DNA of 64,000 nt from an uncultured Candidatus Binatia bacterium (GTDB lineage: Bacteria; Desulfobacterota; Binatia; UBA9968; JAJDTQ01). The notes under the pieces are model-generated. The model was not told where the DNA came from, did not search any database, and saw only the letters and a list, made by a program, of their open reading frames with translations. Shown here piece by piece: positions 59,726-64,000 of the stretch (position 1 is its first letter; each line of letters begins with the position of its first letter). A program made the translations under genes and the position numbers. The stretch spans positions 2,176,001-2,240,000 of the forward strand of contig OZ243916.1 in NCBI GenBank assembly GCA_965213675.1, given 5' to 3'.

Positions 59726-59786
59726 GCGTCCTTCCGTCGTTTCCAGGGAAACCCCGCTCCATTGAAAGCCTGCTCCGAAACCCTGC

Positions 59787-60146
59787 TCAAGGGTTCCGAT
59801 GACTGGCTCCGATCAATCGCCGGAGCGCCTCCACGAGCCGGCGATTCCGACCGAAATCCCAAATCCCGATGCGCGACGCCGAACGGACGTGGATGCGGTG
59901 GGCGGCGACACAGAGTTGGCATTCGAGGTCGTCCACGAAGCCCAACCAGGTGCGGCAGACGGCGTGGACATATGCGTCGGTCTCGGCGACAATGGTGGTC
60001 CGGGGAAAGGCCGCGAGCACGGCCTTCAACCGCACAAAGACCGCCTCCGGGTCTTCCGGAGCAGCCAATGGCTCGATACGATGGAGCGTCGAGGCGTCGT
60101 CTCGACTGCAAACGCACCGCGGCAGCCAGGAACAAGGCCGGAGCAT
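59787..60146 (-). CDS. DUF1499-family protein
   Basis: PC...P.CV.S, LGFVDDLE, IHVRSASRIG.WDFG.NR. Confidence 0.8.
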   Translation of the reverse strand: MLRPCSWLPRCVCSRDDASTLHRIEPLAAPEDPEAVFVRLKAVLAAFPRTTIVAETDAYVHAVCRTWLGFVDDLECQLCVAAHRIHVRSASRIGIWDFGRNRRLVEALRRLIGASHRNP

Positions 60147-60250
60147 TGAAAGGGATCCTCGGGGTCAACTGGATGCGTCGTGTCCCGCCCATTCCTGCCA
60201 GCCGGGGTTCGTGAATGCAACCGGGACCAAAACTCACGGGAGGAACACGC

Positions 60251-60997
60251 ATGGCCGATGCCTTGGGATGGCGCCGCAAGTTCGCCGTCATCGCTCCTTC
60301 AACCAATACGTCCGTGCAGCCCGAGTTCGACGACATGCGGCCGGAGGGCGTGACCAACCACTTCGCGCGCATCTGGATACCCGACGATCCCATTCACGAC
60401 GACGCGGATTTCGAGCAGCTCATGCGCAACATCCGCGCCGAGGTGGACAACGCCATCGACCGGGCCATGACCTGCCGGCCGGACTACCTGGTCATGGGCA
60501 TGTCCTCGGAAACGTTCTGGGACGGCGCCGAGGGCAGCCGGCGCCTGCTGGCGAACGTCGAGGAACGGGCCGGGGTCCGTGTGGCCATGGGATCCTACGC
60601 CTGCGAGGCAGCCCTGGAGGCGTACGGCGGCATCCGGCGGCTCGGGGTGATCACGCCGTACATGCCCGTGGGCGACGCCCAGGTGGTGCGCTTCTTCACC
60701 GACTGCGGCTACGAGGTGGCGCGGCTCAAGGGGCTCAAGTGCGAGAGTCCGGTCCTGATCGCCCACGTGCAGGCGGACACGCTGGAGGCCGCCATCACCG
60801 AGGTGGACGGCGACGGCGTGGACGCGGTGGTGCAGGTGGGCACCAACCTGGCCATGGCCCGTGTCGCGGCGGCGGCGGAACAACGTCTCGGCAAGCCGGT
60901 CATCGCCATCAACACGGCCATCTACTGGTACGCGCTGCGCCAGAATGGGTTGTCGGACAAGGTCGAGGGGTTCGGCAACCTGCTGGCGCGGTTTTGA
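60251..60997 (+). CDS. Maleate isomerase/arylmalonate decarboxylase family protein
   Basis: PSTNTSVQPE, ITPY, GTNL, KPVIAIN. Confidence 0.82.
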   Translation: MADALGWRRKFAVIAPSTNTSVQPEFDDMRPEGVTNHFARIWIPDDPIHDDADFEQLMRNIRAEVDNAIDRAMTCRPDYLVMGMSSETFWDGAEGSRRLLANVEERAGVRVAMGSYACEAALEAYGGIRRLGVITPYMPVGDAQVVRFFTDCGYEVARLKGLKCESPVLIAHVQADTLEAAITEVDGDGVDAVVQVGTNLAMARVAAAAEQRLGKPVIAINTAIYWYALRQNGLSDKVEGFGNLLARF

Positions 60998-61076
60998 GCA
61001 TTCTCTGATCGGCGGCGGTCACGCCTGGGAGCTTGCGCCGCAGCCACGGACGGCCCGACTGAGAAAGGAACCACAC

Positions 61077-61871
61077 GTGGACTTGACGGTTTATCGCGTT
61101 CCCTCGTGGACCACCGCGCAGCCGGGACTGAGGCACGGCTTCGTGGGCCGGAACGGCGGCAACAGCGCGGGCGCGTACGCGAGCCTCAACGTGTCGTTCA
61201 ACGTGGGCGACGACCCGCGGGCGGTCAAGGACAACTATTGCGCCATGAAGGGCGCCGTGGGCATGACCGGAACACGGATGGTCACCATGCGGCAACGGCA
61301 CGGCGACACCATCCTGGACGTGGCCGAACCGTGCAAGGAGGCCGGCGAGGGCGACGCCATGGTGACGGATGCGCCGGGAGTGTTTCTCGGGGTCCTCACC
61401 GCCGACTGCGTACCCATCGTGTGCTGGGCGCGCACCTCGGACCGCAAGCTGGCGGCGGTGGTCCATGCGGGTTGGCGCGGAGCCCTGGCGGGCGTGGCCA
61501 TGAAGACGGTGCGGCACATCGAGCACCGCTACGGCGTGCCGCCCCAGAGTCTTCACTGCGCCCTGGGGCCGGCCATCGGACCATGCTGCTACGAGATCGG
61601 CGCGGACGTCGCCGTCCCGCTGGTGCGGGAGTGGGGCCAAATGGCGGAGGCCGCGCTTCAATCCAGGGACGGCGGCACGTATCTCCACCTGAGACGGCTG
61701 AACGCGGCCCTGCTGGCGGCGGCCGGAGTCCCCGGCGAACGCATCGTTTCCACCGGCCCCTGCACCGCGTGCAGCCCGGCGGAGTTCTTCTCCCATCGCC
61801 GTGAATCGAAGAGAGGCGCCAGCGCCACTGGACGGCAGACCGGTTTCATCGGTTGGCCGGATATGCCTTGA
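61077..61871 (+). CDS. pgeF: YfiH/PgeF laccase-domain protein
   Basis: SLNVS, QRHG, LTADC, HAGWRG, GPAIGPCCYE, FFSHRR; GTG follows AAGGA. Confidence 0.9.
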   Translation: MDLTVYRVPSWTTAQPGLRHGFVGRNGGNSAGAYASLNVSFNVGDDPRAVKDNYCAMKGAVGMTGTRMVTMRQRHGDTILDVAEPCKEAGEGDAMVTDAPGVFLGVLTADCVPIVCWARTSDRKLAAVVHAGWRGALAGVAMKTVRHIEHRYGVPPQSLHCALGPAIGPCCYEIGADVAVPLVREWGQMAEAALQSRDGGTYLHLRRLNAALLAAAGVPGERIVSTGPCTACSPAEFFSHRRESKRGASATGRQTGFIGWPDMP

Positions 61872-61893
61872 GTCGGATGCGGAGGGAGGGGGA

Positions 61894-61933
61894 GAAACAG
61901 AAAGCCCTGGCTGACGCATGGCCAGCCAGGGCT
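61894..61933 (-). terminator. Intrinsic terminator
   Basis: AGCCCTGGCTG-N9-CAGCCAGGGCT 11-bp stem followed by TTCTGTTTC on the minus strand. Confidence 0.75.
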
Positions 61934-61986
61934 CGGCGTACTGTCGGAATTGACCAAGACCCTCAATTCCGAATTGGCTCGAGAGC

Positions 61987-62025
61987 CTAGGTCTCAGTCA
62001 CCTCGCAGCTACATATGTCATTCAT
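61987..62025 (-). CDS. Candidate 12-aa small peptide MNDICSCEVTET
   Basis: AAAGGAGGT SD 9 nt before ATG, with its own promoter and terminator. Confidence 0.6.
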   Translation of the reverse strand: MNDICSCEVTET

Positions 62026-62056
62026 ATTTTGACCACCTCCTTTCTCTGCTGGACCC

Positions 62057-62085
62057 ATCCTAGGGCAGCGAAGCCCATTTGTCAA
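62057..62085 (-). promoter_or_regulatory. Near-consensus sigma70 promoter
   Basis: TTGACA(62085-80)-N17-TAGGAT(62062-57). Confidence 0.75.
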
Positions 62086-62205
62086 ACTTTTGGAGTCTTC
62101 TCCAACGAGACATGGGCCTGAAGGAGAGTCCGGCTTCCTCCTGGTGATTCCCGCCCGCGTTCGTCGTTGAGACGAAAATACGACAGTGGTTGAAAGGGGC
62201 GACTT

Positions 62206-62805
62206 TCAACGGACCACCGCGAGCTTCTTCACGGCGAACGCGGCGGCATTGCGCACCCGTGGATCGGCATCGTCAGTGGCGGCATGGGTGAGCGCGCCCA
62301 TCATTTCCGCGCTCACGTCCCGCGACTTGGAAAGGCTGGTGACCACCGCCACGCGGACAAGCGGCTCGGGATCGCGCATGGCTTCCAGAAAGGCGGGCGC
62401 GCCACCGATGCCGGCCGCGTCCGTGACCGGACCCTCATGGATGTCCCGCAGGCAGTACACCGCCATGCGCCGCTGGGTAGCCGAGCCGCCGCGCAGCAGC
62501 GCTTCCAGACGCGCCGCCACATCCGGGTACTGTTTGCCGAGGCCGGTGAGCAGCAGTTGCGTGGCCCAGCGCACGTCCTGGTCTTCGCTCCCGAGACCAT
62601 GCGCAAGCACTTCGACGCAGAGCGTGGAGGGACGCGCGATCTGCCCAAGGGCGTAGGCCACCGGCCAACGCGGAGCGGCGCGCAACCGCCCTTCGAGGGC
62701 CTCGGCGACCCGCGGCTCCCCGGCCGCCAGGGCCACGAGGCTTTCCACCGAGCGCCGCACGACTCCCTTGTCCGTTTCCTCCAGCGCCGCGATCAGCGGC
62801 CCCAT
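62206..62805 (-). CDS. HEAT-repeat protein
   Basis: Repeated D.D..VR..A...L units (SEDQDVRWA, DPEPLVRVA, DADPRVRNAAA). Confidence 0.8.
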   Translation of the reverse strand: MGPLIAALEETDKGVVRRSVESLVALAAGEPRVAEALEGRLRAAPRWPVAYALGQIARPSTLCVEVLAHGLGSEDQDVRWATQLLLTGLGKQYPDVAARLEALLRGGSATQRRMAVYCLRDIHEGPVTDAAGIGGAPAFLEAMRDPEPLVRVAVVTSLSKSRDVSAEMMGALTHAATDDADPRVRNAAAFAVKKLAVVR

Positions 62806-62913
62806 GCGCGCATCCAGCGTCCTACCCCCTATGCCGCTCACCAGGCACGGTGTCGCACGGCAACACGCCCGTTGGACCCTCACTCCAGAGAGGGGCCGGC
62901 GGCGCGCCGCGCT

Positions 62914-63738
62914 TCAACGCGCCTGAAACGAACCGATCACCCCGCGCAGGCGGCCCGGGAAATCCGTGATGATGCCGTCCACGCCGAGGGCCAGGAGTTC
63001 GGCCATCTCGCCAGGGTCGTTGATGGTCCACACGTGCACCTCGACGCCGAGGGCGTGGGCGGCGGCCAGGGACGCGGGCGTGACGAGATCGAGGCCTTCG
63101 TGCCGGCGCGGGATCTGGAGCGCCCGGCCCGGGATCTCCGGCGGCGCCTGTCCCGACCACAGCGCGGTCATGAGAGCACGGATCTCACCGCCGGAGAAAC
63201 CCGTGGCCACGGACAGGCCGCGCTCGCGGATGACCGCGCGGGCGGAACCCATGGCGGCGTCGCCCTCCGCGGCCACCAGCACCTGCGGCGCCTTGTCGAA
63301 CTCCTCGATGAGATCAAACAACACGCCCATGGCCGGCCCCGGCAGTTCCTTGATCTCCACCGTGGCCGCGGCGTGGGGAAATTCCACGAAGAACTCCCGC
63401 AGGGTGGGTATGCGAACGTCCTGTCCGCGGAACGGATGCGTCGAGCCGCCATCGGCGGTGAATCGGTACCCGGCGTCGAGCCGCTGCAGCGCTCCCAGAC
63501 CCATTTCCCGCACCGCGCCGGCGCCGTCGGTGGTGCGCTCCACCGTCGCGTCGTGAATGATGACGATCTCGCCGTCGCGGGTGGCGTGGATGTCCATCTC
63601 GAGGCAGGTCGCCCCTTCCTCCAGCGCACGGCGGAAGGACACCAGGGTATTTTCCGGCGCGGTTCCGGCGGCGCCGCGATGGCCGGCGATGCGCGGCGGA
63701 GCGCCGGCGAAGAACGCGTGTGGCGTGGGCTGGGTCAT
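62914..63738 (-). CDS. Glycerophosphodiester phosphodiesterase
   Basis: GHRG..PENT, EMDIH.T.DG..IIHD, HVWTIND, GVDGIITDFP. Confidence 0.92.
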   Translation of the reverse strand: MTQPTPHAFFAGAPPRIAGHRGAAGTAPENTLVSFRRALEEGATCLEMDIHATRDGEIVIIHDATVERTTDGAGAVREMGLGALQRLDAGYRFTADGGSTHPFRGQDVRIPTLREFFVEFPHAAATVEIKELPGPAMGVLFDLIEEFDKAPQVLVAAEGDAAMGSARAVIRERGLSVATGFSGGEIRALMTALWSGQAPPEIPGRALQIPRRHEGLDLVTPASLAAAHALGVEVHVWTINDPGEMAELLALGVDGIITDFPGRLRGVIGSFQAR

Positions 63739-63824
63739 GGTTCGGGTGTCTTTCGGAACCGGCGGAGCGTGCCGCGTTCCTTGTGTTTTCGCCTTGTGGA
63801 ATCTATGATCCCCTGGATTTGGGA

Positions 63825-64000
63825 TCCTCGCGGCCGTGTGCCGCTGGGAACCCTCGGTGTGGATCACTGATAACCGCGGTGCCCCTCCCGGGTCAAACAC
63901 GCAGTCCCGAAGGGAAGTCGCGAGCCGCAGGACACGGCGCGCCCGACCCACGGGACGCACCGCCCATCACGGGACGTACCGCGCAAAGGAAGTCGATGGC
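63825..64000 (-). ncRNA. Structured ncRNA candidate (long rod, possibly 6S RNA), probably cut by the window edge
   Basis: Long imperfect stem 63868-63969 that needs G-U pairs available only on the minus strand; apical C(UUCG)G hairpin. Confidence 0.45.

Noticed and set aside
61963-61989. Pyrrolysine or readthrough at the mini-ORF TAG (would add ALEPIRN)
   Set aside because: No pyl genes in the window; a nearby hairpin alone is not evidence.

Overview
High-GC bacterial chromosomal window. Gene order and the many LLM, amidohydrolase and Rieske enzymes suggest a deltaproteobacterial-like lineage (inference). (1) 1-22.6 kb is an accessory/defence region ending at tRNA-Asn(GTT). It holds a RecQ/RqlH-like helicase with an in-frame stop, VapBC, Fic, an AAA_14-DUF4143 ATPase and catabolic genes. 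It also holds a tightly coupled 8-gene operon: Xre/MbcA antitoxin, RES toxin, unknown membrane protein, hsdR, hsdS, Schlafen/AlbA-HATPase, hsdM and EcsC-like. (2) 22.7-49 kb is mostly core: an ABC exporter pair, a pmtA-like gene, and tilS-ftsH-folP-glmM-pdxJ-nnr-tsaE-lysC-cimA-cysE-mnmA-mtaB-rnc-purM-purN. (3) 49-64 kb has a Rieske oxygenase cluster, an LLM/hydrolase operon, lsrF-like aldolase, rpoZ, bioB, pgeF and GDPD. Features missed by the ORF track: a complete ~155-nt transcription unit encoding a 12-aa Cys peptide (MNDICSCEVTET), two genes collapsed by in-frame internal deletion, a CTAG-bounded MITE family overlapping stop codons, REP-like palindromes, an IS4-like end, and a structured ncRNA candidate at the right edge. 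All calls come from motif recognition only; no searches were run.
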